Positions 12,641 through 26,460 of a stretch of 64,000 bases of DNA are shown here, piece after piece. Every line of letters begins with the position of its first letter. The first letter of the stretch is position 1. A program made the translations under genes and the position numbers. Source of the stretch: Vicugna vicugna (Eukaryota); the NCBI GenBank assembly GCA_013265495.1, contig MU058065.1:6944302-7008301 (forward strand), written 5' to 3'. The notes beneath the pieces were generated by a model. It saw nothing but the letters and a program-made list of their open reading frames with translations, had not been told where the DNA came from and searched no databases.

Positions 12641-15600
12641 GTGAGTGCGGGGTGTGAGTGTGTGCTCTATGTAACTGGCTGCCGACATTGATGCTGTCAG
12701 GACCACGATCAGGGCGTAAATTGGGGGAGGGGGCGGTCAGCCCGCCTGATCCTGTGTCTCTGGGCTAGGTAGCCCCTCAGGGCCGACCTGTCAGTCCCCT
12801 GCCTTCAGTGTCTGGTTCTGGCAGGGATGTCTGGGGCGCGGTTGTCCCTGCTCTGAGAGAGACCAGTCAGAAGGAGTTTTGTTTGTTGGAGAAGTTGCTG
12901 GTGTCAGTGGCTGCTTGAGACCCAGACCAGCAAGGGTGAGTGGGGAGGGACATACTGACCAAGGCAGGGGGTAGGTTGGGGGATTTAGGCTCCAGGGTCC
13001 CTTCCCCTACCTGCCAGCCACCTCAGGGCTGCGTGGAGGAGAGGATGACCACACAGGCATGGGCATTTTTTCCTCTTCATTTCTTTCCCCGCCACTGGCT
13101 GGAGTAGTTACTGGCACCTTCTTCCTCCCTGGGGCTCTTTTTGCTCCCACCCCTCATCTCCCAGGGGGCAGCCAAGGCGGCAAATGAGGGTCTGGCAGGT
13201 CTGGAAAGGTCTCCCATCTTCACTCCCCTCAGCGTGGGTCCGTGCTCCTTTGCCTGTGGGCACAGGCTGGCATGAGTGCCCCATGCCACCCTCCCCCACC
13301 CAGCAGCTCTTACTCCTTCTACACCCCTCTAGGCAGAAATAGCTAATCCAGGTGGTTAATGAACAGACATACGCAGCTGCCTTTCGCCCCCTTCTCCTTC
13401 CTCTGTCCCCACTGCTGCCGTCTCCTGCTCTGACCCTCTGATGCCCTGCCTACCACTCCTTTCTGAGCCGGGGCATCCATACAGAGCTAACTTCAGTGTC
13501 TGTCTCCCACCCTCAGTTCAGGACCAGGGCCAGGACTGCCTGGCCAGATGTTTTTAGGCTGGCCACTATCCTAGTAGAGGAAACTGGGACGGTGGTGACC
13601 GAGTGGTGATCAGGAGAAGGCTGCTGTGCTCCCAAGTCTGATTCCTTACAGGGGAGTGGGATGGGGTTAGGGGACAGGGTAGGTGCTGGCTAGGGGAAGA
13701 ACTGGTTTCAGGAGGCCAGGACAGGTGGTTGTGGAGTGGGGTGAGGCTAAGAGGGAAAACTGGAAATGAGGGTTCCAGAGTCTTTGGGGACAGGGGCTTC
13801 TCTTCTGGGAGCCCCAGTGCCCCTTCCACATGGCAAAGCCAAGCCAGAGGGGTCAGGAGGGAGAGAGGGGAAATAGCCTTTTTCCTCGAGTCTCTGCTGG
13901 GCCTCTTCCTGAAGCTGCCTGGGTGGGGTGGGGTGGGGACCACTGTGACTTAGACTTGGTCATAAGTTGCTCCCACCCCTGCCAGCTGGTGGCTACTCCA
14001 GTCTCCCCCAGCCTCTCTCTCTCCCCTAGGGCCACAAGGCTTGCTGCAGCTAAGACATCCTCTTCCCTGACCCTCTGGCCTAGGGGTGTGGGAGGGAGGA
14101 CCTGGACCTGGCTCTGGACGGGGAGCTGGATGGGAGAGTTCTAAGTGGGATCAGTGCTGGGATCCCAGCTTGGGGTTGACCTTGACTCTGCTGCCCGCAG
14201 AGGGCAGGGAGTGGAGGTAGTGGGCCAGGGCCTAGAGGGTCTCAGCCAGTCTAATAGGACTAAGAGCCAGGACTTTGATCCAGAGCTGAGACTTCTTGGG
14301 TGGCGGAGGAGGCAATCTGGGAACCTCTGCTTCCAAATACCTGGCCTTGAACCCTTCTGGCTCTCCTTCTGATCCCTCATCCAGTATTTCATACGTCCCT
14401 TCCCCTCAAAGCCCCAGAACCTCCCATGGGAGTTTCGGTGTCCAGAATTGTAAACACAGGGAGCTGGTGGCCAGGTGGAGGGGGGCTGGGGTGGGGTGCA
14501 GATGAGTTCAGAGGCAAGGTTACAGTTTGGTGATCATCTTCTCATTGCTGGTGGACTGTGGCTGAAGCCTTGGAGTTTGGGACCTCTTAGTGTCCTGGTT
14601 CTACTGAAGAGTTGGAAGCAAAGGGGCAGGATGGATTTTTGTTCGGTGAAGGAAGGTGTGAAGGAGGCCTCCCTCATAAACAATCCTGGCGGGTCAGCGG
14701 GAGAAGGGGCTGCCTTGTAAGGTAGTGAGCTTCCCTTCTGGGGGGAATTCAGACAGAGTCTGGACAATAGCATGGAAGGATTCCTGAGCTGGGATGTGGT
14801 TAGAAGGGATGACCTTGAAGGTCTCCTGGGATGCTGAGGTCCTGGGATTCTTGGAGTTGGGGAATTCTCTGACACCCGCATCAGGGAGCAGGAAGTCAGT
14901 GGCCTCTGGCCTGGGGCGTGGGCGCAGACACTCAGGGTCCTCCTCATCCCTGCCACGTTCAGGGAACAAGGAGCCCGCTACTCTCCCTTCACACCCATTG
15001 CTCAATGGCCCACCAGGTTGCCTCAGCTGCTTCCTGCAAGGATTCTGAGTTTCTTCCAATTCCTCCTGTCCCTCTCTGCTCCTTGCCCTGCTGGTTAACC
15101 AACACCACAAGGGCTGGAGCAGACCTGTGGGCTCGTGGCCTGGTGTGGAACGGAGCAGGAGATGCATGGCAGACCTTTACCCCTGTCCCCTGCAGAGTCC
15201 ATGCCCTAACCCCACACCGCTGAGGTGCTAACTGGGGGCAGTGGTGTGCTGTGAGGGTGGACAGCTCGAGCCCCTGCCCAGTTTGGCCCCCCAAAAGGGG
15301 CTGCCCCAGCCTGCCTGGGGATGGTAGGCAGCGGAGCCAAGATCAGAGATGCAAAAACAACCAAGGCTGCTCTTCTCTGAGCCTCAGTTTCTGAATTTGT
15401 AAAATAATACAAGGTTGTCAGGGCAGCTCAAAGTGGTTTGTGTAACTAACAGCTGGGGGTTCAAGCAAAGGGCGTTGTTCTCAAGGGCCTCTCTGGAGTG
15501 TAGGAGGAGCAGGCCACCTGCTCCCCCCTGCCAGCCTCTCCAGACCTGTTTTCCAGGTGGAGGTGGGCCTTGAGAGCAGGGAGGAGAGGCAGGGTGGGGG

Positions 15601-16997
15601 TGGGGTGAAAAGTTTCTAAACACCGAACTCTGGGAGGCTTGGGCGTCCCCTGATGGAGTGAGTGTCAGAGTCGGCTTCTGGGCTGGGCTCTGGACCTACA
15701 CCTGCTTCTCCCTACCGCCCCTCCTCTCTGGGTGCCCCGTGATCCTTTTTCTCCTCAGTGGAGAGAGTGAAGGAGTAGGGTCCTGGCTTTGACTAAGGAT
15801 GAAGTTCTTTCTGATGTCTAACTTCAATACCTTGGGACCAGATGAGGCTGCTTAATCAAGACACTCCTTCCTCTGGTCTGACTGGGACCCAGTTTGAGGG
15901 TGAGGGGCAGGAAGGTGAAATGCTGAGTGTGCCCTTGAGCCTGGAGAAGTCAGGGTCAGAGCTGGGGCCGGCAGAGGCTGCTTCTGACTTCTTGGCTTAA
16001 TTCTGGGGCCGCAAGTCTCTGATACCCCAGAAAGGAAAACTAAGGTCCAGTTGAGGGATGCATATTGAAGAGGGGAAGAGGAAAGCCCTCTCAGTTACTC
16101 GACTCTGAAAAAAGCAAATCAGAAACAGGTGTGCTGCTGCGGGAGGAAGAGAGTGGGTTTGGGACACTTCTGTCCCTGGCAACCCCCCTCCCCTGGCCCT
16201 GGCTCTTAGTTTTCAAAGCTATTAGGTGTGCAGAGGTGTGGGCACCAGTGAGCTGGAACGAGGATAGTGGGGGTGGCAGGGCTGCCAGCCTTGCAGGGCC
16301 GTGTTGCCTCCCTCCCTGGTGTCCCCTCCATTATGCACAGTCACACGCCGCCCTCCTCTCCTTCCTTTTCTCAAATCGCCTGAAACATTTCCCATCTCTG
16401 GGTGGCGGGGGTGGTGCAGGAGGTGCAGCTGGATCCCTGGTCTTCTCCTGCCCAGGTTGGTGACCTTGACCATCTTCCTGCTTGTCTACACTTTGATTTC
16501 CCTCAGGGAGGGTGATTGGTCTCTTAGGAGTTGGAGCTTGGGTGGGGTGGGGGTGGTAGGTGGGCCTGAGCCAGTCCCTGGCGCTGCCTCCTCCAGGGTT
16601 AGCCTGGGCCCTGTAATCCCTGCCTTTTTAGGGCTGGATGCCTGTAGCTCAGGCCTGGGTGTTCCAGGAGGCAGAGAGGGACTGGCTGAGAAGGGCGGGG
16701 TCCTAGGGAGCTGCTGGGCCACGAGGGGTTACAGGAGGGCCTGAGTGGAATGCCATCCTTCTGCTATTATGGGGGGAGGGGCCTAGTCCTAGGTCAGTTC
16801 TCCCAGGAAACTTCCTAAGCCTTTTCCAGCAGAGAATGTGTGCTGACTCTGTGTGCTGACTTGTCTTCTAGCCGGATTAGAAGCTCCTTGAGGTCAGCCC
16901 TGTGTCCTTTGCCTCCCTGGTGATCCTTACTGTGCCCAGCAGAGTGCTGCTGAGCACAAATTGACTACCTAATGAGGGGCAGAGGGGTGAGAATTTT

Positions 16998-17338
16998 AGT
17001 TTTTTTATTTTCAATTTTATTTTTAATTTTACTTCTTATACAAATTTTAAAGGTTACTCTCCATTTACAGTTATGACAAAATATTGGCTATATTCCCTAT
17101 ATGAATACATCTTTGCAGCTGATCTCACACCCAGTAGCTTTTACCTCCTACCCACCCCGTGTGTTGCCCGCCCCACTCTGCCCTCTTGTAACCACTAGTT
17201 TGTTCTCTGTATCTGTGAGTCTGTTTCTTTTCTGTTATATTCACTAGTTTGTTGTATTTTTTAATCTCCACGTGTAAGTAACATCATACGGTATTTGTCT
17301 TTCTCTGTCTGACTTATTTCACTTAGCGTAATGCCCTA
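16998..17338 (-). mobile_element. LINE-1 3' end fragment
   Basis: T-rich tail, then GTAACCACTAGTTTGTTCTCTGTATCTGTGAGTCTGTTTC and GGTATTTGTCTTTCTCTGTCTGACTTATTTCACTTAGC, typical of laurasiatherian L1 3' ends. Confidence 0.85.
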
Positions 17339-19489
17339 GGCAGTTTTAATAACAGTTTCTGCCTCATGGTGTGGTTGTGAGGATCAAGTGAGTTAGTTTA
17401 TTTAAAACACTTTGAACAGTGCTGAGCACATAGTAAGTGCTCAGTAAATGTGAGTAATTATTATTACTGGTGGTGGCGGTGGTGTTCTTCCCAGAGCCCC
17501 ACTCTGGGCTGACCCTTTCATCTCCTGTCGTGGTTGTTCTACCCCTAAGATGGGAGGGTTATGGGACCAGAGAGCAGATAGAGGACATGGTGGCATCGTT
17601 TTCGCTCAAGGGGTCCTACCATCAGAGCCAGAGAAGAGACCTCCTTTCCCCCTAACTCTGTGTCTCTCTGACTGAGGGAAGGTGGGGTGATGAGGGGACA
17701 TCTCACGGTCTTCTCTGCCCGGGAAGATGCAGTTATGTTTATGGAGGGCTCTGAGAAAGCTGCTAGCACTGTAAACAAGATGCTTATTGTAAACCAGCCC
17801 AGGCTCTCCTTCTTGGATTCCTTCCCATTCCCCGATAAGAGTCACCGAATCGGAGACTCTCAGGCCTGGCAAGGACATGGCCTGGCCTCCAGGCAGGCTA
17901 CTCTTGACCATCCATAGGGGTAGCACCTGTATGTTGAAGTGTGATTCCCTTAATATGCTTCAAGTTGCTGTGTCTTACACCCTCTATGTCTTTCTGAAAT
18001 CTAACCTGTGTCCCTCTTGCTGCAACTCTAGCTCAGTCCCTTGTTGGTAGGAAGTGGGGGGAACCACACGCAGCCCTTCCTGTGTGCCGTGTAGCTGGGA
18101 GCTTTGACTCCCTGGTAGGGGCAGGCTCCTGGCCACATGCCCTCTCCATCCCAGGCCTCCCTGGGGTCCTTTGCTTCCCGGTGCCCCTGACGTTCCTCAT
18201 TAGCAGCGGTCAGCCTTCGGGGCCTGCCAAGCTACATGCTCCACCTAGCCCTGGTTCCCACCCAGGGAGGCTGAGGTTGCTCGGGGTCGGGGGTGTGAGC
18301 TCCATTTCCGGACCCCTGGCCCGCCCAGTTGCAGCTGTAAAAGGCATTAAGCACTTTTTTTGGAGAAAGAATGGGCTTGGGCTGATGATGTTGACAGCTG
18401 GGGAGGGTTCCTGAGCTCAGCCCAGCCCTATCTTGCTTCCCCTCCTCAGCCCCTGCTCACCTCTGCCTCATTTCTAGGCCATTGCTCATCTAGAGGAGGG
18501 GCTCACCTTTGACCCTTGACCTTGACAGTAGGCAACTGGTCTCCGACCACCCTTTAAGGGGAGCACTCTGTGGGCTCAGCACTGGGCTTGGTGCTGGGGT
18601 GAGAATGGAGGGCAGGCAGAGGGCTTCCAGGGAGGTGTAAGGGAGCGTTTCTGCCTTGGGGTCCCAGTGGCCAAGGGCAGTGGGAGAGAGCAAGGCTCTT
18701 TCTCCATGCCTGGACTCTGGACGAGTCCCTTCCTTTGCTGAGCCTGGTGTCCTCACCTGTAAGACAGAGGGCTCGAGAGGGGCTAGGCTAGGAGAGTCTG
18801 CAAGTCCATCTCCCTGCCGGAGCCTCCCCTGGTCCCAGACTGCGAACTTCACCTTGGATTGACCTTGCTTCCCTCCCTGCCCCGCCCCCACCTCTGGCAA
18901 TTGCTGGCAGGAAGTCCTGCTGATTAGGGCCCTAATCACCGGCTGAGACTCCCAGAAACAGCCAAGCTGGTTGAGCAGAGAGGGACCGCCAGGCCAGGAA
19001 CAGGGGAAGCACCAGAGAAGCTCCCATCTAGTTACACGGACTGGGGTGTTAACTGTGACTGGGGGACACTAGTTGCCCGCTTGGGATTGGGGTTGGCTCC
19101 TTGGGCTGGGGCAGTGCCCGTGCACCTGCTGTAGCCTTGTGGCAGCAGCTGAATGCAGCTGGGCACACTTAAAAGCCTTTTTGGGCATTGACCCTCTGCC
19201 AGGCAAGGTGCCAGGGGTAAGTCTGGGGCTGGAAAGGCCAGAGAGATGTAGTCTAGTAAGAAACAATGGGAAGTAGACAGAGGGTTTCTGCAAAATGCAG
19301 AGGGGTCATCGAGCAGGAAACAGTGTAGATGAGCTGGCAAGTGGAGAAAGCTTCAGAGAAGAGGTGCCATTTGAGATGGGTTTTGAAGGTTGAGAAGGAG
19401 TTCTATAGGGAGGAAAAGGGACAAAGACTTCTTCATGCACAGGGGAAAGCACAGAGCTGTGAAAGTAACAATGGATAAAACAAGGGCTC

Positions 19490-19700
19490 CAGCCCTGTGT
19501 CAGAGTTGGACAGGCTTGGGTGACCCTCCCAGCCCTGCTGCTTACTAGCTATGTGACCTTGGGTGGAGCCTCAGTGTCTGCATCTGTATAATGGGGCTAA
19601 TACTTACCCTCACAGAGTTATGGTGGGAGATGAAATGAGATCGTACTTGTGAAGTGCTCAGCTCTGTGCCTGGCACAGGCTCAGCCCACAGTAAGTGGTT
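19490..19700 (+). mobile_element. MIR SINE
   Basis: CTTACTAGCTATGTGACCTTGGG..GCCTCAGT..CATCTGTATAATGGGGCTAATA..GTGCCTGGCACA. Confidence 0.75.
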
Positions 19701-20484
19701 TGGGTGGGAAAGGCTGGCTTTGGGGGAGCCTGGAGATGTTGCTTGGGGTCTGGCTGTGGGAGATTTTCTGAGAGAGGTTAAAGAGGGAAGCAGCAGAAGG
19801 CTTTAACATAGGAGAAACAGAAGGAGGGTGTTATTGAGGAAGGTGATTTGGACAGCTGTGAAGGCTGTGTTAGGCCAGGGAGACCCGGTGACAAACCCAG
19901 GCCCCTGGAGTCCTGTGTTCCAGTTGCTCAGCCTTGGACTGGGAAACTCCAGAGTCACTCCATGCCCCTGGGCTTGCTTCCCACAGGCTGTCCTCTTCTC
20001 TTGATCAGGAGGCTGGGGAAGCACTGAGATCTCCTTCCTGGGAGATCTTTCAGGCTGGAAGAGAGCCCTTTTTGGCAAGGCTTCACACACACGAAGGGCT
20101 GGACAGACTGCAGCAGGCGGGAGTGAGGGTAGACTGTGGGCAGCTCCAATTTCTAAGGTGTTAAGAGGCTCCTTTGGGGGGCATCCGTCACCACCTGCCT
20201 GGTACCCAGTAGGTGCTCACTGTTTGTTGAATGAATTAATGAACTAGAGTGTCCCCAGGCAAGGTGGAGGGACCTGTCTACTCGGAAGCAGCAGGTGCCC
20301 ATCCTGACTGTAAGTGACCTGGTGAGTGTCCGGATAGGGGCTGCCCATCCGGAGCCAAGAGGAGTGTTGAGTGTCTCAGAGGCCAGGTGCCTGGCCCACT
20401 GCTGGTGCTTAGTGACCGTGTGGATGAGGGAGCGGGGATTTCAGGAGCTTTAACTTCCCCAAGTGGGGTCTTTTCACGAGGGCG

Positions 20485-20700
20485 GTGTGGTGTGGTGGTC
20501 AGGATCAAAGACTCTGCAGCCACACTGTCTGGATTGGAATCCTGATCCCACCTCTTACAGACTGTGTGACCGCAGACAGCTTACCTAACCTTTCAGTGCT
20601 TCAGTTTACTCATCTGTAAGACGTGGGAAATGGAAAGAACCGTGTCCTCTGGACATGCTGCATGAGCCTTGGTTATTATTACTGTATTGGTATTACTATT
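20485..20700 (+). mobile_element. MIR SINE
   Basis: CTGTGTGACC..TTACCTAACCTTTCAGTGCTTCAGTTTACTCATCTGTAA core. Confidence 0.7.
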
Positions 20701-23700
20701 GTTGGTGCGGAGGGAGAGAGCGGGGCAGGGGCTTCTTGGCAGGGATGAGTGCAGCTTCCCAGAGGGAGGTGGGGGAGCATAAGAGATAGAGGAGTCTCCT
20801 CTGGAGGCTTTGAAGAATCCTTGGCGCCTTATGAACTGCCTCTGACACCACACATGGCGCTGCCTTTGCTGTGGCCAGCTGAGCGAGCTAAGCGTGGGAG
20901 CGGAGGCAGCAGCCAGGCCTGGATTCCAGGCTGGAGCCCTGGGAGAGCAGGGGCAAACCGGAGCGAGGGGCGGGGGAGGAGAGGTGAGCAGAGACGTGGC
21001 CAGGACTCTCCCTAGTCCCCAGCTGGGACCCCAGGAATTCCTTCCATCATCTCCTGCCAGAGGGCCTGGCCTTTTAGCTCCCGGGCCTCTGGAAGGCCTG
21101 TGGTTCATCTCCTTGCTTTCGGCAGACTGTTCCTGATGCCCCTTTACTGTTAGAAAGTGATTACTCTACACTAACCACTGTCTGGCTGCAACTCCTTTCT
21201 TCCTGCTCCATCTCACCTTCAGATCTCCCATCGCCAGTACTGTGGGATGGGCAGCTGCTTTGCAACAGGAGGGAGTGAGGGAAGACTTGGTAGACATCAG
21301 AGCCCTGCCCTGATTCCGGGCAGGGGGAAGGGGCTATGCAGTGTGGTGGAGGGACTGATGGCAGGGGGTCAGGTGGCCTGTTTCTAGTCCCCCTTTAGTA
21401 CTGTGTGACCTTGTGCAAATCACTTCCTCACTCTGAGCGTCAGTTTTCTCGTTTGTGAGATGAGAGGTTGGAGTTGGGAGAGTTCTCACTTTCTAATCGG
21501 TGCTGAAATTCTGCCAAGTCCAGAGATGGTTCTGAACAGAGAGGCTCCTGCTCTTGGGGCTGTTGGAAGAGCTGTCCGCCACGAAGGTGGGGTCTCTGAA
21601 GGGTCTGTATGTGCCTAGTGTGATGCCCGCTGAGATGCTGGGGAGGTCCCCTCCACCCTGGGATTGGAAGAGTCTTTGCCCAGTGACTGCTCTTCCAGCT
21701 CCATTTCTTGGAACAGAGTGGAGGGCAACAGCTGTCGGGGGCAAGTGGGCCAGAGTCTCTGGGTCTCTGTCTCAGTGATTCAGGTGGGGATGCTAGGGCA
21801 GGATTTGAGCTGGTGAAGTGAGGGAGGGAACTGGGCAGATCTGCCGGCTCCCCGTTGGCCGCTCTCAGGGGACAGAGTGGGAGTAAGTGATGTGCTGAGC
21901 GGTTGGGGTGCAGAGAAGGGTGAGTAACAGCTGTGAGTAATGGCTCATGTCTCTGCTGGGCAGGTGGTCTTTAGACTGTACAGAGCCATCTGGGGCTCCG
22001 GAAATGCTATCCGGAGGCCCAGCCACTGAGTCACGGCAGCCTGAGCTCCACTGCCCCTGCCGTCCTTAGGAGCAGGGGCCGGTTGCACGCCCACGTCCCC
22101 TGTCCCCTTTGCCTCTGTGCCTCTCACTTTAGTCCCTCCCACCATCTATACCTCCAATCCCCTTGGCCCCATAGCTGCCCTGTCTGTCTTCTAAGCATCC
22201 AGGTGACTTGGATTTCCTGAAGGAGTATAGATTTTGTATTCTGGCTGTCCTAGGCTTGAGTCCCAGCTCAACTGCTCATGCTGAGAGGTCTTGGGAAACT
22301 CACTTTTCTTGCTGAGTTTCAGTGGCTTCATATGGTAAAATGGAGTATTGCTTGTTGTGTGTATTGTTGGAAGGATTAAATGGGATACTGCGTCTGAAGT
22401 ACACAGTACATTGTAAATATTCAAATGAAATAGTTGTCCGCGAGCCCTAAACTCTTGTTTTGCTCCTCCTCACCACGTCCACACCTAAAATTCCTGCTTC
22501 TATGCCTTCATCCCATAATTTTCAGGATGCTTATCCTCCAATTAGATCTGCCCCATCGTTCGTGCACATGCCCTCCTGTTTCTGCCATCTTCTGCCCAGC
22601 TTCCATTGGTGAGCTTTTCCCATCATCTTACTCCTACAGAAGGATGGGCAGGGCTCAGTGGAATGGGCGAGTCCAAGGGGAATTTGTCACTTGCCTGGCT
22701 GCAGAGTGTGGGCAGGCTTCTGTGGGCATCTTGCACCCCCGTCTCCACACGGCTGGTTCATGCTCTCCCCTCCCCTTGTCTGCCCACACGAGTCACTTCC
22801 CCCTCTGGCTTCCTGAAATAAGCTGAGCTTAGGGCCATACAGACTGCCCCTGCCAATGGGTGTGTTGATGGAGCTGCTGTGTTCCTGTCTGTGCGGCTCT
22901 GCTTGGGGTGGGGCAGGAGGGAGCACCAGGGAGTGACTTTGCATCTGGACCTGGCAGTGGTCCTGTGGCGTGTGTGGGCTCTGTGTGTGCCTCGGGGTAT
23001 CTGAGCTGTGTGTGTGCAGTGTCTCTGGGTCACCAGGCGCCTATCTGATGTGAGCTCTCTCTCCTGTCCGTTTAAATTCTGCCTGTGTTTTCCCAGCCAG
23101 ATAGAGCCAGGTCTTCCGCTGCTCCTCCCTCCACCCCCTCTTCCCTCCAGACCTGGTTTCAGATGCGTGCATCTTGGAGGGCCTCCCAGGGAACAAGGAA
23201 ACATTGCAGGGGGGTGGATATGCGTCAGATGGAGCCAAACAATGCCGGTGACAGCCAGGCCTCCGCTGGCCTTCAGTGCTGGCCTGGCTTCAAGTCTCTG
23301 CTGCTGGCTAATTGGGAGTGAGAGGGGGCTTCCTGCGACTCGGCCACAGATGCATTTAAAGGAGCTACAAGGAGCTGGGCTGTCCTGCTCTCCAGACCTC
23401 CTGCTTCCGGGGTTCCTGGTACAGTCCATCAGAGCAGATGGGGTTCCAGAACACCAGCCCTTGACATGAGCTAATTGTGCGGAACGATCACACACTAACT
23501 CCTCTTGTCGCTGCCATCTGTGGCCCAGGAGTTTTCTACATGAGTGAATTTTCAGATAATTGAAGCTTAAGGTCATGTGAGAGTCGAAAGCTCCAAAGGA
23601 AAAAAGGTAAATTGTTCTGATGGGAATCTTTTGCGTCGTGTTATACTGTTCCGAGCTCTGAAACTTAAGGTAGATGGGACCTGAGGAGTCACCTACCTCT

Positions 23701-24893
23701 TCTTATTCTGTTCTTGTTCCTCAGTTTTTCCTGTAAAGTGGGCATAGGAACAGAACCTACCTTTGGGTTCAAGCGAGGGCTACATGAGTTGAAACACATC
23801 AAATGCACGTAGTATGCCTGGTACAATTTGTTGTCCTTTTTTTTTTTTAAAAAAAACATTTTAATGTTTCTGAAACTGGAATGCATCTTACAATTGAAGT
23901 GTGCCTTTGGGGTAACATTTCCTCCTCAAAAGCTGTTGATGGTGCCCCAGACAGTCAAATGGCATCCTTAAGATTAGGAAGCAAGGCTATACACACTTAT
24001 GGTTTGCAAGGCTCTTTGCCGATGTGGAAGGGAGAGAGACCTGCAGGGCTGACTGTGGCCAAGTTTCAGAAGGCGAGGGGGAAACCCTGATGTCTCTGTG
24101 GATTTGATGGTGGCCCCCAGCCCTGGAATTCTCTGGGGCCTGGCTCATCCCACCCTCTCCTCCAGCCCCCTTCCCCAGCCTCCTCTGCTGGCCCCTGGCA
24201 TGCTCCTCGGCAGTTTCTGAGGCTTCTTGGGTTTCCCCTATGCTCTTAAATTTTTTTCCCATGCATCCTTCCTGCCTCACTGTTTCAGCACAGCTTAGGG
24301 TCAGAGACTTTTGTCCCTTCAAGTTCTCATCGAGGGACAGAAACTCTCATGGGGAGTGAGGGGGTGGGGTGGGCAGTCTCCCACTGGGTGTAATTTCTGG
24401 AAAAACAGATGGACTTGAGTCCCAGTGAAATAATAACCCTCTTCATACCACCATTAAAGCAGTTACTGGACTCTTTTGTAATTCTCTGTTTACATGCCTG
24501 TCTCCTCCACTGGGCCACAAGTTCCCCTCCTGGGCTGGGCCATTCTTACTCCTCTCTGGCTCTCTAGCTGGGAACAAGGCACTGAGGGGCCCTTGATCAC
24601 TGTTGTTGAATGAATGCATGGTTTTGCTTCCATACCCATCATCTCCCCCCCGTCCCCAGATCCACTAGAACCTTGACCACAGACCACAGCCCTTTCCTTG
24701 ACCAGATTCTTCTAGGAACTTCCTAGAAGCTCTGTTTTCAGTGCTGGAGCCATGTCACCCAATCCCCTGCTTCAGAATAAATGGCCCTTCTCCAGGTGGG
24801 GAAGAAGGGCTGGGGTTTTCCCTGCTCTTTAGATCTCAGGAGAAGGTCACCTTGAAGTCTGCTTTTTAGACTCCCTGTTCAACGCCTCCACTT

Positions 24894-24959
24894 CTGTAAT
24901 AGAGGTCCCATGTTCTCTGGGTCCTCCTGTAGTAGAGGTCCCGTGTCCTCTGGGTCCTC
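24894..24959. repeat. 33-bp tandem duplication
   Basis: CTGTA(A/G)TAGAGGTCCC(A/G)TGT(T/C)CTCTGGGTCCTC twice, 3 differences. Confidence 0.9.
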
Positions 24960-25379
24960 CAGGCTGGGTCCTTCAGTGGTGTCCAGCTCCTCAACCTTCT
25001 CACATCCCTGTGTAACCTCGGTAACCTCTCTCCTCTCTTCCTGGCCCCAGCTCAGAGCCTCTTTTCACCTTGGTCTTCTCTATCTACCTCTGCCCCCTGA
25101 CATCTCCTGGGCCCACCCACCTCAGGGCTGTGCCCTCTGTGAAACTCTGCCTGTGGCCCCCGGCTGGGCAAGGTGGTGTGGTCCTGGGCAGAGCCAAGGC
25201 TTTGGGTGCCCCCAAAGTAAAACCCTGGTTCCATTACTTACTGCTTGTGTGACCTCAGGTTAAGCATGTGACCTGCCAGAGCTTCATTTCCCCATCTGTA
25301 GAATGGGTTGATAACCCCTACCTCAGAGTGTACATGGGGAAAACCAAACTTGAAAGTGGTTTTTCCTGGCTGGAGCAAG

Positions 25380-25790
25380 GGCTTGGAAGTGGAGAGGTGA
25401 GAAATGGGACCAGAAAGAGAGACATGGCCAGGTCTCAAGGGCTGTGAGGACCATATTAGGGCACCTGGACTTTATCCCATGGAGCTGGGAGCCTCAGAAG
25501 GATCTAGGCAGAGGAGTGGCATGACTGGATGCGCATTTTAGAAATAGTTCCCTGGCTGCTGAGTGGAGAGTGGATTAGAGGGCCAGGGCTGAGGGCAAAG
25601 AGGCCTGTGTTAGGAGGCTATTGCAAGAATCTCCATGACTAACGGGACTGCGGGTGGTGATGAAGGGGCTTGGAGAGATATTTGGGTGGAGGACTTGGCT
25701 AGGCTTGGTTGGGGCAGGAGGAGGAGTCCAGGCCAACCCTCAGGTTTCTGGCTTAACCACCTTGGGTGGCTAGGGGTGGGGGAGTGGGGC
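25380..25790 (-). mobile_element. L2 LINE fragment
   Basis: GGACTTTATCC..GGGAGCC, CATTTTAGAAA..CCCTGGCTGC, TTAGGAGGCTATTGCAA, CAGGTTTCTGGCTT. Confidence 0.75.
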
Positions 25791-26412
25791 AATTGTCAGT
25801 GACCAGTGGGGGAGCCCTGGAGGGGGCAGAATAGGGGCAGGGCTGTGAGCCCAGGATGCTGACCAGTGTCAAGCCCTAGGCCCAGTTGTGCCTTCTCGCC
25901 CCTGCTGGTACTTCCCTGCAGCCCTGCATGCTCCAACCTTGTCATTGCTGGCCCCTGCTGGACCCCTGGCTTGACCTCTTGTGCTCCCAGGAGGCGCTCA
26001 GTACCTGTTTGCTGAACTCAACTTCCGATTCTCCTGCTTGCTAGAGTTTGCTTGTGAGAAGTCTGGCTTGGTGTGCAACCACACTGACTTTGGGTGTGGG
26101 CAAGTGTGGTCCCTGAGCTGGGGTTCCAGTGGAGGCAAGATCTTCAGAAAAAATATTCTGCCACCGGCTAGGTGTCCAGCGATCCAGATGCTACCTTATG
26201 CCATCCTCCAGACAGGCTCCGAAGGGGGCCGGCTTCAGAGGGTGGGGCCCCCTCGCTCTCAGTGTGCTCTGCTAGGCCCACCCCACCCGCTCTGCTGCTT
26301 CGGGGACCTTCTAGGGAGGGCTGGTCTGAAACACTACATTCCAGAGGGCTCCAGAGGGTCGGGCGCACGAGGCCCTCCCCTTGTGGGGGTTGGGCTGTGC
26401 AGGTCAGGGCTG

Positions 26413-26414
<2 letters not shown>

Positions 26415-26458
<44 letters not shown>
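26415..26458. repeat. (GT)22 microsatellite
   Basis: Perfect dinucleotide run read directly. Confidence 0.97.

Positions 26459-26460
<2 letters not shown>

Noticed and set aside
22758..23576. 272-aa minus-strand ORF
   Set aside because: No domain, splice or codon-bias support.
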